From Convolutriloba macropyga (taxonomy: Eukaryota): DNA of 64,000 nt. How positions within the stretch are numbered: position 1 is the stretch's first letter; every line of letters begins with the position of its first letter. The stretch is from positions 59,272,001 to 59,336,000 of the forward strand of contig NC_134470.1 of assembly GCF_964194025.1 (NCBI RefSeq). The letters run 5' to 3'. The position numbers were made by a program, and so were the translations under genes. Below are positions 24,014 through 36,844 of the stretch, one piece after another. Under the pieces are notes generated by a model. That model had not been told where the DNA came from. It saw nothing but the letters and a program-made list of their open reading frames with translations, and made no database searches.

Positions 24014-24535
24014 TTTCCCTCGTGACAAAAAAATCTTAATGTATTTACAATTTTTTAAATCAACACAAAACATGTAGCCGAGTGGGATGAACATAACTTA
24101 ACTCAAAGTTGTAGAAGTACTACGAATGTGAAATTTAAGAATAATTAACGATGGAAATTTTAGCATATGCGAGGCTTATACATCTGAGAACTTTCAATTG
24201 CACATGGGTTGTGTGTGTTAATGAATGTAAATTATCACCACTTGACGGATAATTACAGCACATAAAGTTCTCAATGTTTAATAATTTTGGAATCGCAAAG
24301 CGAATACGCTTCAAAATTCTCAACATGGAAACTGCGTACATTAAACGGAATAAATTTAGCGCACACACAGTAATGAATGGATTCGCAGGGCGAATACTTG
24401 AATCAATGTAAAACTGACAATAGGAGAGCAAATGTTATAAATTAAAACAAGGTTAACATTAATTTTAGATTAAAGAAGTGGAAACAAGATTAAATAAATG
24501 AATGGAGTTTATGACAGTTTTGTTGAGTTTTTAAC

Positions 24536-27500
24536 TTAATTTTCATTTTCTGCATCCCAAACAGATAGTTCTCTCTCTTGTTCATATTCATGGTATCGAA
24601 CTCTTGAATCTGGTGGCGAAACTTGGCCAATTTGAATTTCCGGTCTTGGGGGAGATGGGATTCTTGAATGTTCCGCACTTTGAATCATGGCTACTACTGT
24701 ATTCGCGGTTGCTGCATCTTGCTTCTCTTTTTTCGATTTGCGTTTTTTCTGTTTGCCGGAACTGGTAGAGGTCAGGGAACTGGTAGGCGAAATATCCGCG
24801 TCTCTGAAACCGTAAAATTGGGGCCGATTTCGTTTTCGGGTTCCTTGTTGTTTTTGTGGGTCGGGATGTGTGTCTTTAGTCTGCTGGTTTTGAGAGGAAG
24901 ACAGTTGCGGAGCGGGTACTATTGATATCAATTGTTGTTCCTGAACTGTCGCGTTATCATTGTCATTGATTGGAGCTGCATTTCGACGACGTTTGGGCTG
25001 TGGTTTTGTAGGTTTACGTACAGTGAGGGCTCTAGAAACGTTTGAATTGACTGAGAAAACAACTGAAGTGGTGTCTCGATGCCGATGTCGAATTTTGATT
25101 TCCCCTCGCTTTTGATTTTTAATGTCGTTGCTGTGCTTGGCAATCTTTATTATCAGTTGTGTGTTCATAAGGCGCAGGACGCCTTTGTGCGTACGTCCAG
25201 AGATTTGTAGATCTTTCAGCCTTGGTGCCAAACTTTGCCAGATCACTATCTCTGACTTTGACTGGCGTTCGCCCCGGTTCGTTAATTATGGTTGTCGTGG
25301 GGGAGGATTTAGTGACGAATGAGCCGGGTTTTAAAACTTCGTAAAGCCCAGCAAGCTGTCGTTTCGCCCTCTTTTTGTTTGGCAGTTTTCTGGCTAGCTT
25401 CACACTTAATGATTTTTCTGTTCTTGGAATGGGGTTCGTGAGCTTGGGGTGGATTTTGAACCGCGATTCCTTATCGTCTGAGTCTCGGTATCGGAGGCCT
25501 GCGTCTTGTTGTGCCTTATTCATTGCCGTCTCAATTTCCAGATCGCTTCTCTCCGGATTGACCCATCCAGCATCATCGAGGTATTTGGCTACAGGAACTG
25601 TATCAGCATCTAAATAGTGATTAATAATTTTTTCATATGTTAAATTTAAACTTGATGGACATGTGCTAATATTGCGCAAAGGAGTATTCACCAGACGACC
25701 AAAATGAGCTTCGAACGGAGTTATCTGTGTTGTTTTCTGTCTTGTTATTCGTAAGTCAAAAATTATCTGTTTAATTGCTTTAGATGTTGAAAATGAATCT
25801 TTATTTTCAGTTTTCATACAGGATAACCGCCGTTTAATTGTCTGTATCATTCGCTCCACTAATCCAATTGCTCTATGGTCTCCGACTGGCGCGTCGAGAA
25901 TGTTAATATTATTTTCATTACAGTAGTTTGTAACTTGTTTACCTACTAAACAAGTGGCTTGATCTAGACGGATGGTTCGCGGGATTCCATGAGTATAAGC
26001 ATAATCGCGGAGAAATTTTACCACATTTGTCCCATTTGCATGTTCAAAAATTCGAGCTGTTGGATACTTTGAATAACTATCTATACATGCCAAAAAGTAA
26101 ATATCTTTATCTTTATCATTTGTTATCGGGCCCCCAAAGTCAATTTGAATTTCTTCATTTGGTTCTTAACAAGCCTTGTGAGGATACCATTTAGATTTTG
26201 GTATAATAGGTTTCAAATTCTTACCAATATCTCTACACGGACCACAGTCTGATGCTTTGGCTAGAATCTCTATGCATATATGGCCACCATGCATACTGAG
26301 ATAATGAAATCATGCCCCAACTACCAGGGTGGGTCATGTGTATGGATTCCAGTACCGCTTCCTTTATCGAATTGGGTATAGCGACGCGCTCATCCACACA
26401 CAAGCAACCGGACCTCATGTGAAGGTCCTTCCAGAACGAATATATATAGGGGCTAACTTCATTACAGCGGTTCTCGTCATCTTGGAGGACACAATCTCTA
26501 ATTTCTTTTAATACTGCGTCCTTACTTGTTAAGACGGCTAAGAAGGATTTTGTAAATAGTTGGTTTAAGTTACTTTCAAAAATTTCCTCTTTGGACAATT
26601 CAATGTCTTGGATTTCGGGTGATGATGAAATTGGGTTGTGAATGTTAGGGCTCGTACTAGTTGTCGCTATAGGGGTTGATTGGGTGCGGAAAATTACTTT
26701 GGGAGCAGTAGTAGGAGTTGGGGGGTTAGATTGAGGCACTTCTTTTGCGGACATTGTTATGTGGTTCACTTTATTTTCTGCTTTTGCGGCTGAATTACAA
26801 TTAAAATTATTTGACTGGATTCGTGATGCGGATGCGGTAGTGTTTTGAATCAATTGATTTGCAAGGCAATTAAAGTTGGAAATGAATTCAGAATTGTAAT
26901 TGTTTACTTGTGCTCGAGGAATGAGTGGATTAATTGAGGCATTTGAGTTATTCGTGCTAATTTTAGCAGGTTTGCAACCGTGGACGCGCGTCTTGTTTAC
27001 TTGTTGGTTATAATTACTGGTTATGTGCCGCTTTTGGAAAGGAATTTTATTCGCGTGACTAAATAAAGATGTAATTGCGTCGCGAATACGGGAAATTGTT
27101 GCTACCATGAATTCCTCGTCGTATTGATTGACACTTTTAGCGTTTTGATTTGGTTGACGCGAAATATAATCAACTAAGCCCATTCTAGTGCCAGGAAAAT
27201 GTTCGATGTTAAAATCAAATGGTAACAAACGATCAATCCATCGTGTTAATCTACTGTTGTAGGATTTATTAGAACGGTGTGATTTTAGGACTGAAAGAAG
27301 TGCTCTGTGGTCTGTTAAAACTGTGAAAGTCTTCCCAAATAGATAATATTTAAAATATTCAATGGCCCACACCACCCCAAGTAATTCGAGTTCATTTATA
27401 CTATAGCGTTCTTCATTGCTATTAAGAAAACGAGATGCAAAAGCTACTGTTTTCCACCCTTCACAATCTAATTGTTCAAGCGCAGCGCCTAAACCTTGGC

Positions 27501-30105
27501 GAGATGCATCGCATTTGATTCGCGTTTCCAGTGTTGGATTAAAATGAGTGTTTTCCGTAGCATTTGCAATAACAGTTTTGATGTGTTCAAAATGTAATTG
27601 ATGAGTTTCATTCCAAATAAATTTTTCGTTTTTCTTTAATAATGGCCGAAGAGGATGGCATATTTTGGCAAGATTGGGTATAAATTTGCTTAAATGATGA
27701 ACACTACCTAAGAATGACCGTAATTGTTTCAATGTTTTTGGAGCTTTGATTTCCCTAATTGCCGCTGTTTTAGATTCTATAGGTTTAACACCACTTTGTG
27801 AGAAAGTGAAACCAAGCCAATTTATTTGATGTTTTGCGAAATGACATTTGCTTAAATTAATTCGAAGGTTATCTGATTCGAGTTTTTGGAGGCATTTGTA
27901 CACGTATTTGAGGTGCGATTCCTTGGTGCCTTTGCTAACTACAATTATGTCATCCAGAAAACAGTATGTGTTAGTCAGCCCAACCAATGTGTAATCCATT
28001 GCCTTTTGAAACTCGGCCGGCATATCCGTAAGGCCATAAAATCCCGTTTTAAAACGATATGTACCAGTTGCATCGCCGCAAATGATATTAAAATTACAAT
28101 GACGTGCGGTATCCGGATGCAGTTTTAATTGACTATAGGCATATTTTAGATCAATCGTTGAAAAGTAGACATTATCTCCTAGGTTTGAATTATTAATATG
28201 TTGTGAGATTGAATCGATAAGACTATCTATATTTGGCATTTGGTACTTGTTTTTGTGGATCGTTTTATTTAATATTTTCGAATCAAGAGCTAACTTTACA
28301 GATTTGTCCATTTTGACCGTAATTACAATGGGAGAAATGTAGTTTTTATCCGAACATTTTTGTAGTTTTTCGATGTGTCCTTGTTAAGAAAGTTTCTTTA
28401 GCTCAGCAGATACTTTGTCTAGTAAGTTTATAGGAACACGACGGCCTTTTTGGTGGGATGGAGTATAATGTTTGTGGAATTTTGAACGAACTGTATGTAC
28501 TTTGGACTTACCAATTCTGGAGATTAGATCGGGATAATCAATAGCAATCTGTTTTTTGATTGGGCAATATTCTTGATCTACCTGATTGATTGTTACATGG
28601 TTACTTGATTGATGTATTGAGAGTCCAAGAGCTGGAAACAAATCTCTACCCAATAGAGAACGATGTCCGTCTGCCACTACTTGAATTTCTATTGGATTTG
28701 CGTACCAATTGCTGCTTTGAATTGAAGTTTGAAGAATGCCCACCGTATGAATAGGTTCGTTTGAAAATGTTTTCAATTGTTTAGGATTCGCTTCGCGTAT
28801 CCACTTCGATTTTGAATCATGGGAAATGATGGAGTTTGCCAAGGATTCGTTTATTATTGTGCATACGCTGCCCGAATCCACCAAAACTTTTGTTGATGTT
28901 TTACCGAAAATTACGGGAAGATTGATTGCATCCACTGAAGTTGTGGAATCTGTTGAAGATACTGCTGCTACACAATTATCTTCATCTGAAGAATAGTTTG
29001 ACTCTAAATCAGGATCAAAATTAGCCGAAATTTGATTGACATCTTCATTTTGATCGTCTTTTTCTACGTTATTGACCCGCGGTTTAGGTTTTGGGTAGGA
29101 ATTGGGATCTTTAGGTTTGCGGCAAACCTTTGCGAAGTGGTTTTCAATACCACAGTTATTGCATCTTTTTCCCCGAGCGGGACATTTATTCCGGTGGTCA
29201 GAGGTCCAATTAGATCCACAGAAATGACAGTTTGTTGGCTTTTTCCGTGCTGTTGTATTCATATTGGAGAAAGGGGTAGTATTTGCGATGCGCATCCGTT
29301 GTACTTGGTTAACAGTTGAATGTGACTCGGTTTTACTTGCTTTCATTTTTAGTTGATTGAGCGTACCCATCTCGATATTAATCGCTATTGCCAATGCTTT
29401 TTCCGGGTCTACTGTTTCTTTAAGGAGCTCCTTTTGAATGTCTTCATTTTGCATGATCGCGATAAAGACATCCCGGATGATCGTGTCTCCTTTATCTCCA
29501 AGGTCACAGTTTTCCGAAAGTTCTTTGAGATGTCCATAGAACTTCTCAATAGGTTCTCCCTTTTGCTGTTTTCGGGTGAGGAAGAGGTATCTATCGAAGG
29601 TTATATTGTGGATCCGAATGAAGGTTGTATTGAGAATATCCCAAAGATCCTTCGTTGAAATTGTTTCAAGATTGACGGTCGAATTCTTTGAGTTGAATAC
29701 GCGCCGACCTTCCATGCCTAAGCTCAAGTACATCAAAGAAGATGCTTTCCGATCACATAACTTCCACGGTTTATCACCGCAAAGTATGCCAACTGCTGTA
29801 ACACGTTGACATGGATTCTTCCACGCTGTTTTTGCTTGTTCATTGCGGGTACGTCGGTCTCGCTCTGATTGTGCCGTCGGGTTGTCAACTGCATCTTCAT
29901 ATGCTGGTTCAGGAGGTAAGAGGACATGGTCTGGAGGGTCCAATAAGAGGAGGTCCACTTCATTTCCTTCTCGGGCGAGAATTGCGAGTTTCAATTGTAT
30001 TCTCCAAAACTCCCAGCGAATTGGGGGTTCTAGTGTTGCCTTTTCCCAAAGGGGTTGAATTCCAAGTGGGGATTTGCCGCTGTCCTCTGTCGCTGACTGC
30101 GCCAT
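24536..30105 (-). pseudogene. gag-pol polyprotein, originally a single ORF, now disrupted
   Basis: ATG at 30105 (MAQSATED). Tandem knuckles CHFCG...H...CPARGKRCNNCGIENHFAKVC, protease VLVDSGS, RT CFLDDII, RNase H CDAS/ELE/TDH, integrase HMTH...CGPC plus core. In-frame TAA at 28384-28386 and 26166-26168; frameshifts near 26268 and ~25155. Confidence 0.93.
30090..30104 (-). promoter_or_regulatory. Primer-binding site, probably tRNA-Ser type
   Basis: TGGCGCAGTCAGCGA abuts the 5' LTR and is complementary to a 3' end ...GACTGCGCCA typical of metazoan tRNA-Ser. Confidence 0.75.
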
Positions 30106-30510
30106 TTTATACTTTATTGTATTGAATACTTTAGGATTCGCGTTGCGAATACTTGTTTCAAGAATATGATAGGAATTGCTAGGCGAATACACAACTACTT
30201 GTGTATTACGAATTCTGATTATTGGAAACGCGGTGCGAATCCGTTGCTAAATTTACCTTAAGATTATGAGGAGCGTTTGCAGAGTAACTTGAATTCAGAT
30301 TGACTAAATGAAATTATGATTACTTATGATAAACTAGTATGAACAAAATATGAAATAATTTAGTAGACTAACGGGAATATTAATATAGGTGAATAAATAG
30401 AAGTCATAACTTTTAGTTATAAAACACATGATATAATTATAGATATAGAGGGTAAATAATTTAGTACACATAGAGGTTTCGATATATAATAGGTATCCAT
30501 ACGTATCACA
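30105..30510 (-). repeat. 5' LTR
   Basis: Direct repeat of 23608-24013. Begins TGTGATACG and ends ...TATAAAA (CA changed to AA) immediately before the PBS. Confidence 0.96.
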
Positions 30511-31002
30511 CAGCCCAAAAACTACATTTCTTTTAATATTTTTTCCGTGAAACCCCACTCTTACATCGTCTTTGGAGACTAATTTGGACACGCATTAAGC
30601 CGTAAAACATACAGATTTGCCAGCAAAACTTACACTTCAGGACTTTTTTGAACACTGACGACAGCTTCAATGATCGTACAACCAATTTAGAAGTTTTTTC
30701 AGAGCCATCCTATGGGTAAGTTATAATCTGCTATTTGTCTCTTTAATCCGGTATTAGAAATACAAACGACTGTATACAATTAATAGCCAATTAGTCTTTC
30801 TTTTATTTCTGCCTAATTGATGCGTTGTTACCATTTTTCGTGGAAAACAGTGACTGAAAAATTCGAATAAATTTTGTCGAACAAAATGAACCTTCTGTGG
30901 CGTAATGCGAGAAAAAGTCATTAGATCGGTTTCAGGATAATGTCCCTCTTTAATGTCTTAAATTAAAACAGCCAACGTATAAACTAAATTTGCGCAAATT
31001 TG

Positions 31003-31491
31003 TTAAACTAAAATGTCAGGTATCAAATACAATATGAAAAGAACAAATAAAGACAAACCAAATGCGGCAATTAAGAAATAAACAGAAATTCCGACAGACA
31101 AATTAGCTTGATAATAATCATAAACAGTTGTTGCGATCCAAGCAATTATCATCAGTAGAATGTTCTGGAATATTGCTAAACATAACCCAACCACAAATCT
31201 GGCGATAAACTTTGGACCAATTTTCGAAACTGTTAGTGCCATTACTACGCATAGAGATGTTGTTACGCCTTGCGTAAATATCAGCAATGCTGTGCATGCT
31301 ATGAGTTTGCGTTTCTTTAGACTTTCCACGTTTTTTGCTGGTTTTACTGGCGGAATTTTGGGTGGTGGAAAGAGGAAGTTGTTGGGTTCTTCGATATCTT
31401 TTGGGCAACAATCATATAACGCGTAGTACGTTGTTCCGGACTTTATGAAGTAAGGCAAGTAAACCAGAGATTCGGCAATCAAAATCACAAA
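31003..31491 (-). CDS. Terminal exon of a claudin/PMP22/EMP-like tetraspan membrane protein
   Basis: Pyrimidine-rich acceptor ttccttcttacAG directly before 31491. 162 sense codons, three and a half hydrophobic helices, YALYDCC after TM1 (GLW..C-like) and VGISVYFLIAAFGLS opening TM4 (G.S.Y motif). Confidence 0.65.
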   Translation of the reverse strand, partial: FVILIAESLVYLPYFIKSGTTYYALYDCCPKDIEEPNNFLFPPPKIPPVKPAKNVESLKKRKLIACTALLIFTQGVTTSLCVVMALTVSKIGPKFIARFVVGLCLAIFQNILLMIIAWIATTVYDYYQANLSVGISVYFLIAAFGLSLFVLFILYLIPDILV

Positions 31492-32684
31492 CTGTAAGAA
31501 GGAACTGTTTCACATTTTTCACTTTTCATTTAGGTGAAATATATAATTTATTAGGTCGGTTCCCATTATTGCTGGCAGCGCTAAAAAATCTAACCCATTG
31601 AACGGTAAATTAATTTAAAGTGATTACAGATTTCCTCCAGTTAATGCCAGCATTATATAAAGTATATATACTCCATAGTGGGGGCTATAATTTGGGGAGG
31701 GGCTATGGTTGGGAAAAAAGTGTTGATTTTACTGGAAAAATGAAGAGCACTCGTTTGTGAAAGCAAAACATTTTATTTTCACTTTTTTAATAATTTTTGT
31801 ATTTGTCAATGTCCAAAAAATAGTACAATCAAAGCTTTTGGGCTACAGTTGATGATAAAGGAAGATTGCAAAGCCAAAAAAATCCTTCAGGAAGCTATAC
31901 ACGAGACAGAAACCGAATGACAGAAACTAGACATTGTCGCAATGCTAAATTTGTATTATCATAAAAACAAATTGATTTTTAAAAAGTTGCGCTAAACTAA
32001 TTTAAACGAAGCGGATTTCAGGCTCTTAAATATTGACTCCATCTTTAAAGTGATTTATCACTTTTTTAAATTTTTTTGAATAGAAAATTATGTCGGAAAA
32101 TTTCGAATTTCGCTCTTTTCTGATCGTTTCACACTTAGTACACCTCGACAAAAAATTGAAAAGTCTATCCTATTTCACCCCAAGTGATTTATGGGACCTC
32201 GAATTACAAAACTTGTATTGTCATGTAGCACGTTACCATGAAAAAATAGAAACTGTGACTATAGTTGCAAGTGCTTCTGACGGTAGGATTAAGAATATAT
32301 CATTATCAAATTTTTCGACCTTTTTCGATTTTACCCCCTCCAAAAATTTATGCACCCCCCATTGCAGAGCAAGTGCCATTAAAAAGTAAATCATTATGTA
32401 AAAATATTTCGAGTGCTGTAGGGAGGCTTAAATAATATGCACCTACTAAAATAAAAGCACAAACGGAAAAGATCCAAACTTTTAGACGGAATTGTTAGTA
32501 AACAATTATTCCGAACTGCTTTCCTAACTAAACTAGTAATATATTGAATTAAAAGTCCGATTCTCTAAAGTGACGAAACATAGGTTATCTCCAGTAGCCT
32601 GAAAAATTTAGTAATTGAACATAAACGAGAAACAATTAGAATTCGACCACTGCGGTTACTAAAATGATCTATTTTTGCAAATAC

Positions 32685-32753
32685 AATATGTTCTGCTATT
32701 ATGCACACGCTGATAGGCAGGCGTATGCGCACCCGAAGACTTCGAAATTTCAT
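32685..32753 (-). CDS. Candidate first coding exon of the tetraspan gene
   Basis: ATG-MKFRSLRVRIRLPISVCIIAEHI followed by a GTattt donor, phase 0. The join to FVILIAESLVYLPYF completes a basic N-terminus and TM1. Confidence 0.45.
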
Positions 32754-32863
32754 TGCTGAATTTAACGATCTCAGAAAGTTAGAAAAACTTAATTGATAAA
32801 AGTTTCAGAGACATGCTTTCCTTTAAAAATAAAGACAAACAGAAAAATTAGCACACTTTTTTT

Positions 32864-33024
32864 GGATCTTTTCCGTTTGTGCCCCCCCAGCTTAGTGGGC
32901 GCAAATTATTTGCACCCCCCAGACGCACGTGCAATATTTTTACATAATGATTTACTATGTAATGGCACGTGCTCTGTAACTGGGGGGCGCATAACGTACT
33001 GGGGGGCACAAACGGAAAAGATCC
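32864..33024. mobile_element. MITE family A
   Basis: Same TIR and internal sequence as 16194-16356; 8-bp TSD cttttttt. Confidence 0.93.
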
Positions 33025-33579
33025 CTTTTTTTATAATTATTGTCCGTCCTTTATGTTTTCCTTCTTCTTAAGGGTATATTTCGGTGAAACGCTTTTTCAT
33101 GGTCAATTTTCAACGCCCCCTCTTTTATTGTTGAACTGATGCTTCAAATTTTTTATTTGTTTCGGAGAGAAATCAACCACGCAGGTATTCATATTAATGT
33201 TCCTTGAAATATGTAACCATATTACTCTCATGCTATGTTGCTGTTAAAAATTTGCGTCAGCAGTGCTTTTTTCATTGTTTTTATAATTATTATTTTTGTT
33301 ATTAAAATTATTGAGTACTGTCCTCTTGAGAAAATGATTAAATGTACTCACCTTAGTTTTACATGTTCACACATTGCATTTTCTATAGGTTTAGCTGAAA
33401 TCGATATACAGCTTTAGTGACTCTGATGAAGTCAATGAGAACATTTGGCATTAACTGCAAACCAAGTAGTAGTAGAGATGCAAGCTAGAATTTAGAAGTG
33501 ACTTCAACGAGGGTCTCATAACCTTGCGTGAAACAGGAACTTGCAATTTTGAAATCTGACAATGTGTATAAGAAAACTT

Positions 33580-33742
33580 GGATCTTTTCCGTTTGTGCCC
33601 CCCAGCTTAGTGGGTGCATATCATTTGCAACCCCCAGATGAACGTGCAATATTTTTACATAATGATTTACTATGTAATGACACGTGCTCTGTAACTGGGG
33701 GAGCATAACGTACTGGGGGGGGGGCACAAACGGAAAAGATCC
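33580..33742. mobile_element. MITE family A
   Basis: Same TIR; 8-bp TSD gaaaactt (33572-33579 and 33743-33750). Confidence 0.93.
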
Positions 33743-33826
33743 GAAAACTTGTATTGTACAATTTGACACTGCAATGATCTGGCATTTGAGGACTTACGCG
33801 TCCGTTTTCATTTTGACAAAAATATG

Positions 33827-33986
33827 GGATCTATTCTGTCCCCCCTCCTCTCCTGACCCAGTTTAGTAGGCATATAACTTTTAGGCCCCCAGACGCACGC
33901 GCCAGTTTTTACATAGTAATCTGCCATATGACAACACACAAAATGTATTTGGGGCATGAAAACACTGAGGGCCGAAACATAGATCC
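33827..33986. mobile_element. MITE related to family A (diverged subfamily)
   Basis: ggatctattctgtccccc ... gggccgaaacatagatcc termini; interior similar to family A (gcatataacttt...ccccagacgcacg). Confidence 0.6.
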
Positions 33987-34242
33987 GAGTTATGTTTTCT
34001 CAAGTCATCCAATGCGTCCAAAACCATTTGTTGAAGAAAAAGTGAGAAACATTTAATATCTCATGAAGTTTTGAAGAAAAAGACTTCACTGGTACATGTT
34101 TAAGATTTTGGTCTTTCCAAAAAAAATTAAGGGAAATTTTCAATTTTTCGACTTTTTGTCTGTGACTAAAAATATATGAAACGATATTTTGGATTTCTTT
34201 TGTCGCTTTTGTCGGCTCTAAACACCAGATCATTGTTTTTTG

Positions 34243-34355
34243 GGGTCTTTCCCATCATTGCCCCCATGAAATTATAACCCCCATTATGGGATATTTACCA
34301 TGATGGGGTATAGGTATCTGACCACTAGGCTGGGGGTCTAAAATGGGAAAGACCC
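34243..34355. mobile_element. MITE family B (GGGTCTTTCCCATTATAGCCCC-type TIR); related copy at ~35128-35272
   Basis: gggtctttcccat ... atgggaaagaccc inverted ends; interior shared with 63131-63251. Confidence 0.75.
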
Positions 34356-34908
34356 GTTTTCAATAAAACCTTCTGACAACAAAACTGGAAATAACGGCAA
34401 TTCAATAAGTGTCCGTGTCAGGAAACTTTTAAATGCAATGCTAAAGCTTAAACCTAATTATGCACAACACATAATAGAGAAAAAAATCCAGAAAAAAATG
34501 TTTATTTTTCCAGCGTTAGAAGTTACATACAAGGTAATGCTGACTTGCTCTCGCTTTTCAATTAAATTACCCATAGCTTGTTGTCATACTGTCTTGTTTT
34601 TCGCTGGTTGTTTAAAATTTTTTTCAATGCTTCGTTGCAACTAGAATTATTTCTTAAGTGCTTAAACAGGTCACTGTTAATTGCTGATGAAAACTGATTC
34701 AAGGCGTCACTCGACTAGGCTATATAAGCCTTCTGATGTCCTCTCAAATTTAAGTGATGTGTTTGTATTAATAAAAATAACATGTCCTTAGATTTGAAAA
34801 CCGAATTTATTATTATTAATTATTTATTCGGTATCTTTAGTTGTCTGCGTCGTTTTTAAACTCAGTAAAAGCGTCATAAATGTCAGGAATGGTTTCAATA
34901 TTTTTTTT

Positions 34909-35071
34909 GGATCTTTTCCCTTTCTGCCCCCCAGTACTTTATGCTCCCCCAATTACAGAGCACGTGTCATTACATGGTAAATCATAATTTAAAAATATGG
35001 CACGTGCGTCGGGGGGTGCAAATAATATGCACTCACTAAGCTTGGGGGGGGGGCACAAAGGGAAAAGATCC
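34909..35071. mobile_element. MITE family A, inverted and more diverged (another degenerate copy at ~32316-32475)
   Basis: ggatcttttccctttctgcccccc ... gggcacaaagggaaaagatcc; the interior is the reverse complement of the other copies. Confidence 0.85.
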
Positions 35072-36844
35072 AATTTTTTGCAGTGTTATTACACTACTAC
35101 AGCAACTAGTTGTGTTTTAGCATATAAGGGTAGTTCCCATTATAGCCCCCCATGAAATTACAGCCCCCCCCCCCCCAATATGGTATTTTAACCACGATTG
35201 AAGGCTTTACGTAATTTGTCCATCAAACTGGGGTGTGTTTGGGCGGGGGGGGGGGTATAATGGGAAAGCCCCACATGCAATAGCTATCAATGGTCGCAAA
35301 TACAATGCGCATCCCCCGCGTTTTGTGGGCATATAACTTTTTCGCCCCAGGTAAACTTCTATTTTTACACAGTAACGTGCTATATGACTACACATAATTT
35401 GGCACGGGGGTGATCAAAAACAGTGTAGGGGTACAGAATATATCCAATAAAAGCTGCATAAAAGATTGATGATCTGATGGTTATAAAAGAAACAGATCCT
35501 GAAGAAGCATCATAGAGATAGTAAAAAATTTGTTGAGAATCAATTTCTGACTGTATTCAACAGTCAACTGTTGCTCATTCGCATCTTGTTTCACGGTAGA
35601 TTTGATCTCACTGCCATTCTTGTCATTGGATTTTCGTTTTGTCCTTGCCATAAAATTTGGTTTCTACATTCAGTGAAAAACTTGCAGCAAATGAACATGG
35701 AGAATAGTTTTAGAACAAATACCACGTACACAAAAACAGTTCGCACGTGCTTCGAAGACACCAAAAGTATGTTTACAAGAACAGGTTTGACAAAGTGCGC
35801 CCTATGTAATGATTCGTCAAAACATAACTTCCGCTGTCTAACTCTCAACAGTAACTGGAACGATTCGTAAGAAAGTTGACCCCTTATAGTAGCAGGTAGC
35901 AGGCTAGTACATATTTACGTACGAGGGAGAGAGGGGGGGGGGGGGGGTTGGGGAGTAATGACCGAAGCGCCTACCCGGGTTGTTTTATTGACATGTCAGT
36001 AGTTTTTGTGAAAAGCATCATTGCATATACTATGCTCCAATGCCCAATTTAGTGTGGGCACAAACGGAAAAGATCCAAAAATTCATGGAAACTGCTTTGA
36101 AATTATGTATCTATCATGAAAACTAAAATTCAACTATAAGCCTTATGCTCCCTCATATTGAGATTTCTAGATGTTCTTAATGTTTTTTTTCTCATTCGAA
36201 AGCATTCCAACGTGGATTTTGCCTTGCAATCTGTTGTTGAACAAACTAACGTTTTATCTCTTCACCTCTTTCAAATATGATTTCCTGTATTTGATAAATA
36301 TATTCGAACAAGCGTAAACTTTCAGTCGATAGAGGACCTCTATAAATATAGACTACCCGAGTGACAAAATATTTGATTTTTAGTTAGTTCCCTTTAATCA
36401 TCGATAGAAATTGTCACGTTGGGAAAATTAAGCAATTCCCAAGCTCCAACAACTAGATTTTTTTTCTGAATTTAAAAATTTTCAAAAATTAGTATAACGT
36501 TCAAGCATCCCATTTGTGAAGTTTTTCTTAATTAATTTTTTAGTACAATTTTTGTTTCAGGAAGAGTTTATTAAATGTCAATTTAAGCTAAGCAACGCTG
36601 GAGCTCATTCGAGCAAAACATTTTATTTTCTGGCAAGCTCTTTTTGCATTTTGTCAAAGCTTCCAGACTCAAAGCTAAGATAAAAATAATTGCTTAATGA
36701 ACATGAGACATCTTCCGAGTAGTATAAAAAATCATAAATTTTTGTTACAATTTCAATGCATAACTATATAAGATCTCCTGACATCTCCAGTGCATAGTTA
36801 TATACGACATGCTCGCATTTTTAGCGAACAATTATGTAACATAC

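Larger units (their letters stand above)
23608..30510 (-). mobile_element. Full-length defective Ty3/Gypsy LTR retrotransposon (Mag-like gag knuckles)
   Basis: Two 406-bp LTRs, 5-bp TSD CAGCC (23603-23607 and 30511-30515), PBS and PPT, domain order gag-PR-RT-RH-IN. Confidence 0.97.

Noticed and set aside
24536-25246. Separate env-like third ORF
   Set aside because: It has no signal peptide or TM helix, is hydrophilic and basic, and continues the integrase across a frameshift.
28384-28386. Programmed gag/pol readthrough or frameshift
   Set aside because: The stop lies after the protease, at the start of RT, in the same frame. A nonsense mutation is simpler given the other lesions.
35480-35652. 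Minus-strand MARTKRK... as a histone H3 or CENP-A start
   Set aside because: Similarity ends after 5 residues and there is no histone fold; the frame closes after ~56 codons.
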